A stretch of DNA of 62,811 nt, filler included, from Sphacelaria rigidula (GCA_964200075.2; 10 parts of 10 records of this genome joined end to end with filler, not necessarily neighbours in it), one strand, 5' to 3'. Positions 1 to 14,084 are shown, counted from the whole stretch's first letter. Notes: generated by a model from the sequence alone, not told the origin. Numbers and translations: made by a program.

Positions 1-3000
1 CGCCCCCCGCCCCCACCCCCACTTTTCGAGCCTGTGTCGTAAAAAGACTACACATTTACGTCGCCGTCTCGAACAAAAAGCCGTTTTTGTATTTTCAATG
101 AGACCAAAAAATATTCATTTGGTCATGTTTCAGCTTTTTTTTTCGGATGAAAAATCAACATTTTGCCAACGTGGACGCCGTCGGAAATTCAGTCCCGGAA
201 GCGCTTGTTCGTCGGCCACACACGAAGGTTCACCCTTCTCTGCGTTGGTTGCAGCGAGATTTCGGCGATTTTGAACTTTCTCTCACCCTCTTGTATTTCT
301 GATGAGCGAGTGCGACAAGACAATCGGAGTCCCACAAACAAAAACGCGGTATAACGTATTTTCGAGAGGCCAAGCCTTGCCAGTGTCTGTACCGTCGGAG
401 CCCACTCTGCCCGTCAGCAAAACAAAGTGAATAACCTACCTGCGCAGGCAGCAGCACCCTCTCGTCATCGCCCGCAAGCGCTACGATAGCCCGTTAGGCC
501 GCTGATTCGGATCGGTACTCTCGGTGTGGCGTATCCCAACTTTTGGTTAGTCTACTCGAGAGGTTGGCCTGACAACTGTTTTCAACGACAACAGCAGCTC
601 AAAAAAGGGTGATGCCTGCATCACGTTGTGCCACCTAGATAGACTCTCTTGAAGTAATGGTTATTTTTGCTACTGACTGACAGTGCAGTCGGTACATTCA
701 GGAAACAATACTCGTGTACCCTCGGAAAAAAAAAAAGACGGCCATTTACTCCGTCCCAACACAACAAGCAAACTATCGCTACTGGAAATACTGAGGTATT
801 GACGGTCAAACGGGGTGGCGATGGCAGGCGAGCAAACGCGAGCCTTGAGGTTTGTGCACGAGTGCTGGAGATCTATAGTGTCTTTCCCTTGCTCAAAAAA
901 AGAAATCCCTTGCTCAAAAAAAGAAATCAACCATCCAACCATCCATCCTCAAACAATCTTTAATTTAATTAATTAATTATACAACAGAAATTTATGCGCA
1001 TGCCGAAGAAAAATATTTCCCAAGCACATCAAGCTCGAAAGACAGTACGTGTGATTAGATTATTACGTACTCTTCCCAGCAGCAGCAGAGCAAGAGCATT
1101 TTGCTCGGGGCCAGAGCTCGTAACATAGTGGTGTAGTGTACACAGTAACTGCAACGCTGGTGTACAAAGTCGCTGGTACACATGGTGCAAACAACCGTAG
1201 TGGAGTTCATTTTTCAATTTCGCCCCTGGGATTTTGTACTATCGGTCATTATCCAATCTACTGGGTGCTGAAAAACTCTCATCACGAGACGGGATCAAAA
1301 TGGAACTCCAGTGCAGTTGTGCATATCACACGTACCAACATGTGTACAAAGTCTTCGGATCAGGATTCCAAAACTGGGAGAGGGAGCTACTGTGGGGAAT
1401 CATTGGAATCAAATAGCATTTTACGGGACAATTTATATACTTCCGCACGCATCTAACGGAACGTCCAAGGGCACGTATGACTCGACAAGGGGGACAAATT
1501 GCACTAGACATCCAAGCTCGTTTGCAAACCTTTCTAGCGTCTTCAGGGGCCCATGTTGAAGCTTATCACATTCAGAGCCGTCTATGTGATGAAACGAACA
1601 TAGTGCAAATAGTGTCGACAACATTCGCCCTGCATTTCACGGTTACTGTATCACGGTGGATACCATACGCGCGATGTTATTGGAACTCCCGTCGGAGGGG
1701 CTATCGGGAAAATGACCGTATGACACGGCACTTGCATATCGTGGCATCATCGCGGTGAACGGTGTGCGGTACCAAAGTGTGATATGGTACGGGTTGATGT
1801 TCCAAGAGATGATCTTCGAAAATGAGCTTGAACGTTCAAATGAGGTCTAACTCTAAAAACAGTGCTTTCCCTGACCTCAAGTCATGCCAAATGACTTTCA
1901 TATGGACGATCGCATGCTCCTCGATCTTCCTGAAACTATTTTCGGGGGTTTCCCATCTTTCATTCTCCCAAAGGGTATATACGAAATCACCATTTTCGGG
2001 CTGAAAGCGTCCCCTTTTTCACACCAAACTCGAGGCAAAGGGTGCGTCCACATATAATATACCCTCTGGGGGAACGGAAGGCGGGGAACACCCAAAAATG
2101 GGTTCAGGGAGGTCGGGGGGGGGGGGGGGGAAGGGCGGGGGTGAGGTCGTCCATATGAAAGTTAACTGTCATGACTTTGGAGCTGATCCACAGTTTATGG
2201 TTTAACTTCACTCTCGAAGATATTATATTTTCCCGTTTTCTCAGCATCGCTGGTTACCGTGGTCAGAGGTTTTCCGAAATTGCAGTACGATACGGTACAG
2301 AGCCGGGCGACCGCGGTACCTACGCGTTATAAATAAAAGTTCCGCGAGAAATGGAATGGTTGGTATCCCAACCGCGGAAAATCGCGGTTCTGGGCATGTT
2401 TTCACGTATAAGCGTTCAGGTTTACTGTACTACACTGTTTACATTCATGCTCGCGTTGTCAATGGATGAATCAACGGCAATCCCGATAACCATCGTGTAA
2501 ATACAGAAACAGTCCATCGAAAAACACGCGCAGGAAAAAGCAGATACGGTAGGACAACTTCGCTCGACTGTGTCACTATTTTCCGACTACGTTTCTGCAT
2601 TCGCTGCATTGTCCCGAACACGTCGAAATTGACTAGTGAATTACTTTTTATACCTGGTATCTCACATCTAATATTTATTATTTAGAATCTAGATAAGGCA
2701 ACAACACAAAATTGAACGGAACAAAATCGACCAAGTCAGCGTTAATCTTGCGTTGGCGAGCAAGATAAACCGCAAGTTACACAGTTAAAAATAAAAATCG
2801 CCTATCCGGATTGTGTAACCAAGTACAAGAACTACCTTACGAAAAATAAAGCAGGAAAAGGGAGAAAAAGAAGAAATGTCAATTAAATAATTTTCTCTGT
2901 CACGCAGTGTTATTTTTTTATATATTGCAGAGGCATTTTACAGAGGTTACAATTCGCAACCCGCGACGCCCGTTGGAGACGGGTCCTGCTCCAAGGCGTA

Positions 3001-4079
3001 AAACATGCTGAGGCTACAGGGGTAGACGTCCTTGAAAGGGACGGGTCCACATCAGCACGGCAAGGTGGCACTACAGACACTCGCGCAAGCTGAGACGCCC
3101 GGATGAAAAAGGATGCATGTCACTGCGGAGGGCGGAAGCATTCGACACACAATTTGTATCGTGGCCCGGTGAATGATTGGTTGTTAGATTGTCGCACTTT
3201 AACTGATCCCTCCAGTGGTCCGGCTGTGGTCTCATGATAGACGGAATTACACAAAGAAGTTGGCACTGTGTGCTTCTGGCTGTGTGTGCTCCTAGCCGGC
3301 AGTACAACGAGTACTGTATTATTGACTGTACGATGCGAGTCAAGCATGGGCAGCGATGGAATACCCGCATTCCATCATGAAAGTTGCAACTTGCACCTTC
3401 CACTCTGTCCTATTCCGGAACCAAGCAATTCAGTAGAAAAAAACTCGGCAAAAGCGCGATCACGCGCCCGTCAGAGAAAGGCCAAGATATCCACGTGAGA
3501 ACGCTCGCGCCGAGAATTTATAGTTGATGATGATAAAATAATACTAGAGCAACCGCCCCTGTCCTCGTCAGACCGTCGTGGTATACGGCCGGCTACGTCT
3601 GGCACTGTCTGGAAGGAGACGTTGACTCCTCTTCCCGAACAGGTCCACAGTGGTCCTGGGCAAAATACGCTCTTCTCTTCGGCTGCGCTGTACGGCCACG
3701 TCTTGCGGGACACGGCGTATAAAACCTCAAGGCCATCTGCCTCTCACATATGACGGACCCCGACTGGTGGTTATTTCTGGTGCTAGTGCCAGCGTCGACC
3801 GACAAGCGGCCGACCTAAACGACAACGCTGGCAACACCTACCGCTGCCTCCGCGTGGCTTTCACATCGTCCTCCCCCCTACTTGTTACGGATGCGTGGTC
3901 AATGGTCAAACGACTAAGGCAAGCAACACATGAGAACGCCCCCTAATTGTCACTAGCAAGTGATAAAAATGTTTCGAAACACCTCAGCATCGCGCACATG
4001 AATAATTTTCAAGCTACGTAGCACACAAAACGTCTTGGATTGCCGAAACTGCTGCGTCTAAACCTAGTTAATGCTTCAA

Positions 4080-4179
4080 GCCGCATATGCGTGAAGTTTC
4101 AGCATCATCAAACGCTAGTCGTGCCGCATATGCGTGAAGTTTCAGCATCATCAAACGCTAGTCGTGCCGCATATGCGTG
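4080..4179 (+). repeat. 43-bp exact tandem duplication
   Basis: GCCGCATATGCGTGAAGTTTCAGCATCATCAAACGCTAGTCGT about 2.3 copies. Confidence 0.9.
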
Positions 4180-4504
4180 CTGTGTTCGCGGGGCATTGCT
4201 GCGGGGTACTCCGTGATCTGAAGCCCCCCATTTCAGCTGGGAATATATCGAACGCATTTTCAAAAATTGAAACTAAATAATTCAGCTCCCTCGGTCATGT
4301 TCCAAGGCTTTCATCGTTATGCCGGTTGCGTGGTTTTTCAGGGATGTCGGGATGATATTTCTCCTCCCATACGAAAAACAGTATTGTCACGATCACCCTG
4401 ACCTCTTGCACGCTGTGTACGATACGCCCGAGGACGAAACTACCACCGTTGGAAAGCCGCAGTGATTACCTTTCATACGGTGTGCCCAATACATGCACAC
4501 GCCG

Positions 4505-5560
4505 GATAGCTAATTAGGTAGCTCATCTGCGAGCTGTAGCTCACTTGTAGTGAAACATGTACATGCGAGTTACGGGTCGGTAGTTCACCCAGGATGGACG
4601 TGCGTAGCTCATGTAGCTCTCATAGCTCACCCAGGCCGAATATGAGCTGATGAGCTACGGGTTGGTAGCTCACCAAGGGAAAACATGCGTAGCTCATGTA
4701 GCTCTCATACCTCACCCAGGAAAACATGTGGAGTTCACGCAGATCCTATAGCTTATCCAGGGAAAACATATAATTCCTCTGTCCCATAAGTAAAGGTACC
4801 TAAATTTGTACGGGCCCTTAAAGATGTCCGATCGCTTCTTTTTGTTTTTAATGAACTCTACGGTGTTTTCTGGGTTAAGAAAATGTGTTTCAATTTAGCA
4901 GCTTGTGCTGGAACCATGCCGCCGAACGGCTGCAAAAAAGTAGTCGGCCCCCAGATGGCCGTTTTTTGCCCCTTTCCGAGGGGAAAAAAAGTGTAAAAAA
5001 ATACTTCTCAAGATGGGCAATAACGACGTTAGTGTGAAGCACACCGGGGTTAGGGCGCGCCAGAGGGCGGTGACATTGGAAAGGGTGGTAAAATATGATC
5101 AGGAGGCCTTTACGAAGGCGTGGGACTTCCTGGCAGCAAGCTCTAGTGAAGGCGGGAGGGATTTAAAATAAAAAAAATCGAAAACTTTTTTCCACTCGGA
5201 AAGGGGAAAAAAACGGCCATGTTTTGGCCGACTACCTTTTTTGCAGTCGTTCGGCTGCATGGTTCAAGCACGAGCTGCAAATTTTAAACACATTTTCTTG
5301 ACCCAAAAAACACCGTACAGTTCATTAAACAAAAAGGGATCGGACATTGTTGAAGGCCCGTACAAATTTAGGTACCTTTACTTATGGGACAGAGGAAGTA
5401 CGGGTGAGCTACATTCGATAGCTCACCCAACGCAAACATGTGCAGCTCACGCAGCTCTCGCAGCTCACCTAGGGAAAACATGAGTGGTTGAGCTACGCCC
5501 TGTAGCTCACCCCGAGAACAAACTCTCATAGCTCACTCACGCCATGTGCCAGCTAACCCG
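4505..5560. repeat. (GT)AGCTCAC/AGCTCAT-rich degenerate array, split by the MITE at 4773-5398
   Basis: Many AGCT-core units (TAGCTCACCCAGG, AAAACATG) on both sides of the MITE. Confidence 0.75.
4773..5398. mobile_element. Stowaway/Tc1-mariner-like MITE with about 220-bp TIRs and TA target duplication
   Basis: TA|ATTCCTCTGTCCCATAAGTAAAGGTACCTAAATTTGTACGGGCC...GGCCCGTACAAATTTAGGTACCTTTACTTATGGGACAGAGGAAG|TA; inverted similarity extends to about 4992/5185. Confidence 0.88.
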
Positions 5561-6192
5561 GTGGACGGCGCGACATATCATTAGGTTGTGGTTTTCTGCC
5601 TCGCTTTTCGCGGTGGGTAGAAAAGAGCTCAACGCGAATCCTCGTTCGCATGGTCGAATGGTTCGAAACATGATCAATATTCAGTGTCCTTAATAACCGA
5701 CAAATTCATCGCTTTTGACCGCTTGGCCGCGAGGGTACGAGTCTATCTGGCCATGGATACATTTTTCAAGTGAATTTGAACCCGATTCAACAGATAATCT
5801 ATGCGCGCCGTCAAAAGGGTTAACCCTTCGACCGCGAGGGTAGGTGATCTGTGAAGTCAGCATAATTCGTATTTTTTTGGTGTGAACGATGCTGATTCGA
5901 CTGATCGCCCATCCTCGCGGTCAAAGGATTAAGCAATCAATTATTGTATGATCGCCTGTTGCGGAGGATTCAGACCCACGGCATCATCTCCGACTGAAGC
6001 GCTGCTAGAGCTGCTGCCTCCGGCGGTCGCCATGAAGAGCAGGTTGTATGTGTGTGTGGGTGTGTGTGTGTGTGGTGGCTACGGTGGAGATGGCTTCAGA
6101 TGCGGTCGTTGTTGATGTTTAAAAACGAGTGATGCTACGGTAGGGGTACAGAAATAATTTCTGAGGTTAGAATTGTTCGGAGCCCCTTATCT

Positions 6193-6292
6193 NNNNNNNN
6201 NNNNNNNNNNNNNNNNNNNNNNNNNNNNNNNNNNNNTTAATTAATTAANNNNNNNNNNNNNNNNNNNNNNNNNNNNNNNNNNNNNNNNNNNN
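6193..6292. other. Artificial contig linker (44N-TTAATTAATTAA-44N); identical linkers at 12484-12583, 18775-18874, 25066-25165, 31357-31456, 37648-37747, 43939-44038, 50230-50329, 56521-56620
   Basis: Nine identical 100-nt spacers exactly 6291 nt apart; TTAATTAATTAA gives stops in all six frames. Intervening contigs are 6191 nt (first is 6192). Confidence 0.98.
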
Positions 6293-7532
6293 CTCCATTA
6301 GGAGTAGGAACGGTGCTCCGTCTCGAAAGGGATGCGTGGTCAATGGTCAAATAACTAAGGCAAGCAACAAATGAGTACGCCCCCCCCTCAAAACCAGCCC
6401 AAAAGTGTCACGAAAAAAATGGTCATACAGCGCCTGATTTTTGGCTCAGGCTGCATGAAGCGCCTCATATGGACGACATTGGCGAGAACGAACCCAAGCG
6501 TGGCAATTTTCAGCTGCTCGTTGTGCTCGACTTTTTCCCGGTTCGATTCACGTGAAGATTTTGCCTCCCCAAACCAGCTATTATTTTTTTTTTGGGGGGG
6601 GGCTATCGTAGAAACTGTCAAGTACCAAAAAATTTAAGCGCAAGATACTGTCCCGGTGGTGTCGTGTGTAGGAGTACACACCGCGCTCTCCACCTTGGGT
6701 GCATTGTGCGGCTGAACATACAGACGGCAGCACTTATTTTACCTCTTGTATAATGCGTTCTCGGAGTGCACCACACATCAACACACGCACGTAGCGAGAC
6801 GAAGTTACTCCGAGTGAGACCCCTGATGCAACATTTTCTCTAGCCCCCTGTCCGTCTGTGGCTTCTCTTCATTCGGTTTCATTGACGACGGCGGATTGGG
6901 CGCGAGTCTCGTGATAGGGGCGGACTCCCGCCCCTCGTGCTCTATGGCGACGTCTGCGGAACATGCTAAGTGAGCTGCGTGGTGTTCTTCACATGTGAAT
7001 TCATGGGTGTACAACTTCCTCTTCACAGCACGTTCCGCGCCCAGCAAAAACAATCGGATAGTGACAGCATGTTGCAGGTGTTGAGGGTACGCTTTGAAAG
7101 GACTTGAAAAAATGGTCGTATCCCCCTCACTATCAGCGGTTAGGAGGTGCGTACAGCCTCCGATTACGGAGAGTTTCCCCTCAACTCACGACCTAGCCAT
7201 CAAAAGAATGTAGTCTTAAATCGAGTGTACCCGATTCGGCAAACTGGAAAACGAAGACAACTTGTCTATCGTCGGAAAGACATCGTCGAACAGCCTGGAC
7301 AGTTTTCAGAGGCTAACCCCTCCCCCCCCCCCCCCCCTCCCCGATTCACATACCTGAAATTGTTACTCGCGCACATAAAAACGCGGAACACATACTCATA
7401 CGGCAGCAGAAAATAACAAGACTGAAACGTGGCATGGTACACTTTACAGGATCGCCGAACCGTGCGTATGTACAAGCACACCCAAGCACAGACTGGAGTA
7501 TGACACATTGGAATTTATACACTAGACCATGC

Positions 7533-7745
7533 GTGTGTGTGTGTGTGTGTGTGTGTTGTTATCTCATCTAGTCTGGACGCCAGTCTATACCCTTCGATAT
7601 ATGTGGGCGCATCAGCCAAGATCTCACACGAAGGTCAACACAGGATTTTCTATTCCTTATTTCGCTTCTAGTATTTCGCCTTCCGTCTGCGATGCTTGCC
7701 TTTTTATCTTTGTCGCGAGAACGGTTCGGCGGCCCCTTTCCTTGC
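7533..7745 (-). mobile_element. 5'-truncated SINE family 1 copy with (CA)n tail, next to the last visible MRE11 exon
   Basis: Reverse complement of the 21280-21455 body, followed by a (TG)n run. Confidence 0.7.
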
Positions 7746-7775
7746 TAGATTATGACACACTGGAAACACACAGAC

Positions 7776-7954
7776 CTATTTTTGACATTCCCCACGGGTG
7801 GCTTGAAGTTCTGCGACTGCTCGCTGATCACTTGGAAGCTCACAGGTTCCTCGCCCATACAGCGGCGCCTCAGAATATCCATCGTGCGGTACAGCGTGCG
7901 GCGAGATGGCTTGTTTTCGTGGAACAGGTCTCCGCCTAGCAACACCAAATCCAC
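7776..7954 (-). CDS. MRE11: MRE11 exon ([59 protein letters not shown])
   Basis: Motif [14 protein letters not shown] is diagnostic. AAG acceptor ends at 7955; the 3' boundary (AG|GTCTGT) is less certain. The motif III (GNHD) exon was not found in the contig. Confidence 0.93.
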
Positions 7955-7995
7955 CTTGTAGCACAGGTGGAAGGAGGCGATCGGTATATCGTTGT

Positions 7996-7996
<1 letters not shown>

Positions 7997-8041
<45 letters not shown>
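7997..8041. repeat. (GCT)n microsatellite in an MRE11 intron
   Basis: Direct reading; explains the spurious poly-Ala in ORF 7745..8074. Confidence 0.95.
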
Positions 8042-8184
8042 AGACATCGGCAAATTACTGCATTTCATCGGCATTTGCTATTTCCAAGTCATGTCCTCGT
8101 ACTTGTACGTACAGCAGTGCATGCAAAGTGACTGAACGATTGATTTTTTCTTGTTACATAAACGGAAACGTGAAGTATGATGCC

Positions 8185-8250
8185 AGGAATACTGGAAAGA
8201 CGAGCCTATGTCTGTGACCACGGGTTCGAGATATCGGGCTAATGTGCGAC
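8185..8250 (+). repeat. Dispersed repeat, homolog at about 15225-15290
   Basis: TGGAA.GACGAGCCTA.GTCTGTGACCACGGGTTCGAGA.ATCGG...AATGTGCG is shared. Confidence 0.75.
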
Positions 8251-8958
8251 ATAATAATAACAACAATCATCGACAATAACCATAACCATCACGAAAATGA
8301 TACTCCTACTCCTACTCCTACTCCTACACTACCACTCATAATAGTAACTAGCCGAGCAATACGTTGCACCAACTTTCCGATCTTCGCGGAGTAACGAGCA
8401 CCGAAGCCCAATGTGCGACAGTACCACCCCAATATTCTCGCGACAATTGTCAAACCCATCTCTGCTACTTTACGTAGCTTGTTTTCCCTCCTTTTTGTCG
8501 CCATCATACGGGATGTGCCCCCCCCCTCCCCTCCCCTCCTCTCCCTCTTCAAGGATTTTCCGACCAATACCCGGTGTGCTCCGTCCTAGCTTTGTAGGGA
8601 TGCGAGGTCAATGGTAATATGACTACGGCTTGCATAATGAGTACCCCACCTTCTTCCTACATTGTTCCAGTGCCAGTATTACAGCACCTATATTGGACGT
8701 ACCGTTGCGTGCGGTACTACTAACTACCCTGTTTTTGCGCATGTACGCTTTTCAGATGGGTACCCACCGCGCAGAGCTCTTCCCGTATCTATGGTTGTTC
8801 CACAACGCGTATTTATCGGGTACTGTCGAAACGCCAACCCGATACCAAGCACAACAGTACCGTACGTGATGCGTTTTCGTGCATGTACCTTCTCGACGTA
8901 AACCGTACGTTTTGGGCGATATGTATGTATATATAGAAAGAGAGAAAAAGGTGTATAC

Positions 8959-9040
8959 CTTCTTCTCCTTGGCCAGCAGCAACACCTCATCGAAGGCAGC
9001 GAACGAATCCATTCCTCTCACAGGATCTCGCTCCATGTAT
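8959..9040 (-). CDS. MRE11: MRE11 exon (YMERDPVRGMDSFAAFDEVLLLAKEKK)
   Basis: Typical MRE11 segment after motif I; TCAG acceptor, AAG|GTATAC donor; 82 nt = 1 nt + 27 codons, in phase with both neighbours. Confidence 0.93.
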
Positions 9041-12000
9041 CTGATCGTTTCCGGTTGTCGTGTCAACAAATGCCAACACCATTGCATAAGACGATCAGAA
9101 CGAACCGTCCGGGGAGTGATACTGTACGTACATACATACATTCCACGGTTAGGACGAATCAGAGTTCATACGAGTCGCCTCCTCATGATGCGAAAGAAGT
9201 CATGCCGTATGACCTGTTGATCCCGCTGAGTCGAGGGTGGATAACACATATGCAACGCAGTCATCTTGCGCGCATTACAGCTATTAGAAAATTACGCGTG
9301 GTTCAGGGCCCATCGAAAGTGAAGATTCAACCTGTACAGCTTGTTGGCCCCGCATTAACCCGAACGTGGGAAAAATATACGAGCGCTGACCTCAAACGAC
9401 TCGGTCACGCAAGTTGTACATGACGTTCCCGACTCATGGTGATAAGAAGTGCGTGGCATGTACAATCGATGCACTCAAATTTGCAGTGCAGGGTTGACTA
9501 TGTGCCCATCATTTACCCCGGTATTCATGGAAGGTAGCAAGCGGGTACCTTTGGTTTAATACTGCACGACGCACGAGCTGAGAAGCTGTGTGAACTACAA
9601 ATGATGCACGAATAGTATGACTCATTCGTTGAAATGATGAATATGAGTTGAATCACGAGTTTAGTCGTCCTAACCGTGATACATTCACAGGACTCGGTGG
9701 AAAATGACGCCTAACGCGTGCAGAAAAATCTCAACGTGATGTTTCCAAACAACTCGCTTCGGGTGAGATCAACGTTTTCGTGCACTTTCAAAAAAGGCGT
9801 TTCGATCGTTAGATGCAGTCTATCAGATTTTCTGGAGCATGACACGAAAAATGCGCGCCCAAAATATTCCGCACTTGAACTCGCCCAAAGAACGGCCACA
9901 ACGAGCACCAAAGCGTATCACGTATCATAAGTGTAGTTCTGTACGGTAGGGTGAGGTAATGTGCATTCTTACTGTGCTGAGTTGGATACAGAGGCATTAA
10001 TGAAAAAGCGCTGTGCTGGACCTCTGTCCATGTCACTGGCAGTACGAGCAGCGGATACCCGCTGAAAATTTAATATATCCTCCGCTGGGCTATACGGTAC
10101 GGCATCACAGCGCACTGTCATACTGTGACCGCTGCAAGTGTGGTGTGCAGTATGCTGTACATGCAGTACCAGTGAATCCTCGCATGCATACATCACCGAT
10201 CACGCGTGATTCGACAACTCAGCTGGACCAATCACGAAGTCAAGGTGAGCTAACATGCGCCGTGAACCGAACATACAGCTTTGGCGCTTTCGCGCAACAG
10301 ACGAGTGCCTCCATCGTTCCCTCACCCCCGTTTTGGGGACTACCCGAAAGAAACCGTACAAGGCGAAGTCTGCACACCTACAGCCGTACAAGATGGCGAA
10401 TTGGGATGCAAGTCAAAATCAATAAAACCGCACAGTAACGAGTAGCCGGGCCCGGAATCCTCTGTGCTAACCGCACACAACAAAAGCTTTGCACGCGTTT
10501 TGTCACCTGAAAATTCTGCTTTTGCTGTGACTGCTCGCTTCAACCGAATGATGCTCGAACATTTCTCGACAGAAACTAGAAAATCCGCGTGAAGTGTATG
10601 TTTTTTTTTTTAATTACATTATTTTCCTTTTTATTATTTTCGTCACGCTTTTACCCCTTCCTCTTCCCAGGAATGAATCTGTAGTCCCGAGGGATAAACC
10701 CATTCTCACTCCACCGATGCCGTACACCACGCCTTGCATTCCGCTATCGCGGATTGGATCATGACCATCAGCTCTCCCGCACCACTTCGACTCTCGCCCA
10801 ATGACCCCAGTCTAATGACCTCCTTGTGTCACTCACGTCCGTATGCTTTCAACGATGGAAATCGCACACTTCAGAGTAAAGACACACGCATTTGGCGGGA
10901 ATTGAACTCGTGTTCATTCCACCCTGATTGGGTCAAATGTACAAATTTAATTTATACCACCGGGACGAGGCGGCAGTGCATGTGGACGCCAAACTGCGGG
11001 GGGAAGCAAGACGGACGTTGTAATTCTCAAAAATATGTGCAACGAACGGACGAATGAATGATTCGTCTGGAAATCACTTGAGTTTAGGGTAACTGATTCG
11101 TACCGTACGAATCAATCCTTGAGCTTTGTTTTCAGCGTTGCAACCCAGATGCGCGCAGCGCAGCCACATGGCATGGCGCAAAAAATGCGTGGAGTACTTT
11201 TTGACCATCGGTCAACTTTTTTTTCTTTTTCGAGTAACCAGGTCGAAACAATCGTGGATTTGGTGATTCGAACCGGCGATGATTCGTTCGCGACGACCGT
11301 GAACATGTGGTTACCCCGCATTTTAACAGCTATCATCTCCCCCCACTCTTGTTTCTCTTTGAAAACGAATAGCAAGGGAAAACTAGACTAAAAGGAACAA
11401 AGTTGGTTGTCCACGTCGAAGAGCACTGATATTTTATATTTCACATACAGATATATGTATATAAAACAGGGACGAAGTTACGACATCCCCCAAGGAGCTC
11501 TCCAGACTAGCTTCTCGGGGGGGTTCATGCTTGTTTTTTTTGTGTCTTCGTTATTTTTCTTTCTTCTCTTTTCCGTTTTTCAGTCCACTCTGTTGTGTTT
11601 TCTCTCTCTTTCTATCTATCTTTCTCGCTCTCTGTCTGCCTGTCTGTCTGCCTGTGTGTGAGTGCTGTCTCTCTCCACCTCTCTCGCGCGCTCTTCCTTT
11701 CTTTCTCCATTTGTTTGTCTTTTCCCTTGCCCAAGTTTTCTTCAGCGAGGGTTTCCGTTCTGTGTACCTAAGGGTACGTCCATTTGCGGATCATGACCAT
11801 GACTGGATTTGTAGAGCATCACTTCATGTGCTAGCATCAATCGATCAATCAACCAACGCCGCCGCGGCGCTCGGTGGTCTGAATTAAAACAGTACACCCA
11901 AGATGATATCCAGGTGGGGCCGAAGGTTGCCGCTTTGAATCCCGACAACAGACACATTCTTTGTGAGCAGGACCCAGTTCCCGCGTTGGCAGCGTGAGGG

Positions 12001-12383
12001 CGGGCACGAGTAGCGCAACTACGACAGCGGCGACGCTGTGCGGGAGTGCTTAATTCAGTACGTCATGGGGCAAAACATGTCACCTGGGATACCGTAGGAG
12101 TACAGGGGGGGGGGGGGGGGAAATGGGGCTGACTTATCCCTTCAGACAGACTACGCGGACCCGCCCCAAGGAGGGGAGGGGGGAGCAAAAACGGCCCCCG
12201 GGGGAGAGGGAGGGGGGGGGGGGGGGGGGGGGGGAAATGGGGCTGACTTATCCCTTCAGACAGACTACGCGGACACGTCCCAAGGAGGAGAAGGAGGATA
12301 AGAGAATGACGAAAAGGTAAAACGAAAAAAATGGAACATGACGTGTGTGGTCGCGCTGGTGTCGTCAGTGGCTCCTAATTTAC

Positions 12384-12455
12384 CCGAGATGAGTGTCCGT
12401 TGCCACCATGACGCGCAGGATATCCGGCTCCGGCGCTTCCATCAGGGCGGGGTCC
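12384..12455 (-). CDS. MRE11: MRE11 nuclease, first visible exon (DPALMEAPEPDILRVMVATDTHLG)
   Basis: Encodes phosphoesterase motif I (VATDTHLG). TACAG acceptor upstream and GG|GTAAAT donor; the phase-2 junction fits the next exon. In-frame ATG at 12442 could alternatively be the start. Not in the ORF track. Confidence 0.88.
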
Positions 12456-12583
12456 CTGTACACGTGAACGCAGAAGGGGGGGGNNNNNNNNNNNNNNNNN
12501 NNNNNNNNNNNNNNNNNNNNNNNNNNNTTAATTAATTAANNNNNNNNNNNNNNNNNNNNNNNNNNNNNNNNNNNNNNNNNNNN

Positions 12584-12650
12584 CCTGCTTTGTAGGGATG
12601 CGAGGTCAATGGTCTCATGACTATGGCATGCATGATCATGAGTACACCCT
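12584..12650 (+). mobile_element. LINE-like 3' end, subfamily B; others at about 8565-8650, 40986-41035 (+), 50160-50229 (-); related upstream part at 18875-18945 (-)
   Basis: Shared TTTGTAGGGATGCGAGGTCAATGGTC.CATGACTATGGCATGCATGATCATGAGTACA-poly(C). The 18875 copy encodes GDKICKRFLCNAWKKRNE, similar to the subfamily A translation. Confidence 0.65.
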
Positions 12651-14084
12651 CCGTCCATTTATCATGGAGTTGTTACACCCTTCACACCAACAGTGTGGAG
12701 GCGTTCCGTAAACGCCTGGCAAATCCACACGACCCCCTATCCCACAGCCAGGCGAAAGCCTCGCGTACCGCCGACGGAATCTCTTCATCCCCGACCCACA
12801 GGACGGGGTATGCCGCAGTAAAACAGTCCCGCCGAGGTATCTGCGCCCTCCGTCCATGTGCTACGAGCGATTTCCTTAGCCCAAACGCCGTCTGCACAGG
12901 GAGTCAAGAGTTGGAGGCGACGGGCGCGGCACGGACACGGTGAACGCAATAAAATATTGACGACAAAAAAAAAAATCAGCGCAAGTATCGCGTGCATCGC
13001 CGAAGGTGTGCCGCGGATGCAGTGTGCCTGACAGCGGCATGTGCGCCGACCACGACATTATGTCGCCGGAATGGCAGGCATGAACAGATGTTGGTGTGGG
13101 AGATGGGCGCTGAAGTACGGAGGCAAGAGGTAGTGCTCATGCCATACGATGGAAACGGCGACGATGAGATAATATTTGAATGCGAACCCGCGGTTCAACA
13201 GAAAACTACTCGTATCGTAGCACAATACTACTGCCGCGCCCTGCTGGTGTCATGGGACTTCTGTCGCCAGTGTGATGGACGAAATGTGGATTCCATCCCC
13301 CAAGGTTTGTCTTCTTTACTTTGTGCATGTGAGCTCCCAACTTCATTCCGATATCAGTTGTTTCGACGAATACATGGTCCGTTCGCGCAGCTCTACTTAA
13401 AGATACGAGTACTTTCGCACGCAATGGCAGTACTGTACACGGATATGAGGAGCTCTCACTAGGGCTTTCGACAGGAAATACATGTAGAAAACGCCGCAAT
13501 CATCAAACCGTTCAAATCATTATATTTCGTAATTTCCGCACCGCGTTCAAGCATAGGGTCGACGCACTTGGTGGCTGTCTCGACATCGAGAATACGCTTT
13601 CACGGAGGTGCCTATGGCAGTTCGCGCGCCGACGGCATAACGCGCTGAGTGAGTGTTTTACATTCTTCAATCGAAAAAATGGGGCCATTGCATTTCATTT
13701 TAGCGAAATTCGCTCGTTTCCTCTCGAGGTGGGTCGACGGGAATTTTCAAGCGTTCTATCGGAAAAGGACGGGAAAATTCGTGAAGCGGTAGATGGTCGT
13801 TTGTAAACAATACAGACAGTGCGTACTACCTGCACTGTTTGATTGCAGTGTATGTGAAGTTCGTGTCTGCGTTTTTCGTGCAGCAGGATGTAAAAGAGGA
13901 TCGGGCAACATGCAGAACTTCCACGGTAGCACCATCTGTTCCCTCTACCCACAATGATACGTGAAAAGGACTCCGACACCGCGCAGCTTGGTACATGCAC
14001 TGTGTCCGGTACCGCGTCCGCGAGGGGGTAGGGCACCTTACCACGCCGTTCTAACCCTGATCCCGACGATGGAAAACGATGGTT

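Noticed and set aside
1200..1700. Gypsy integrase remnant
   Set aside because: Only faint motif echoes (SSDQDSK, HASNG) in different frames; not supportable without a profile search.
6237..6248. Regularly spaced TTAATTAATTAA (period 6291) as a biological repeat
   Set aside because: Always centred in 44+44 N; it is an assembly linker.
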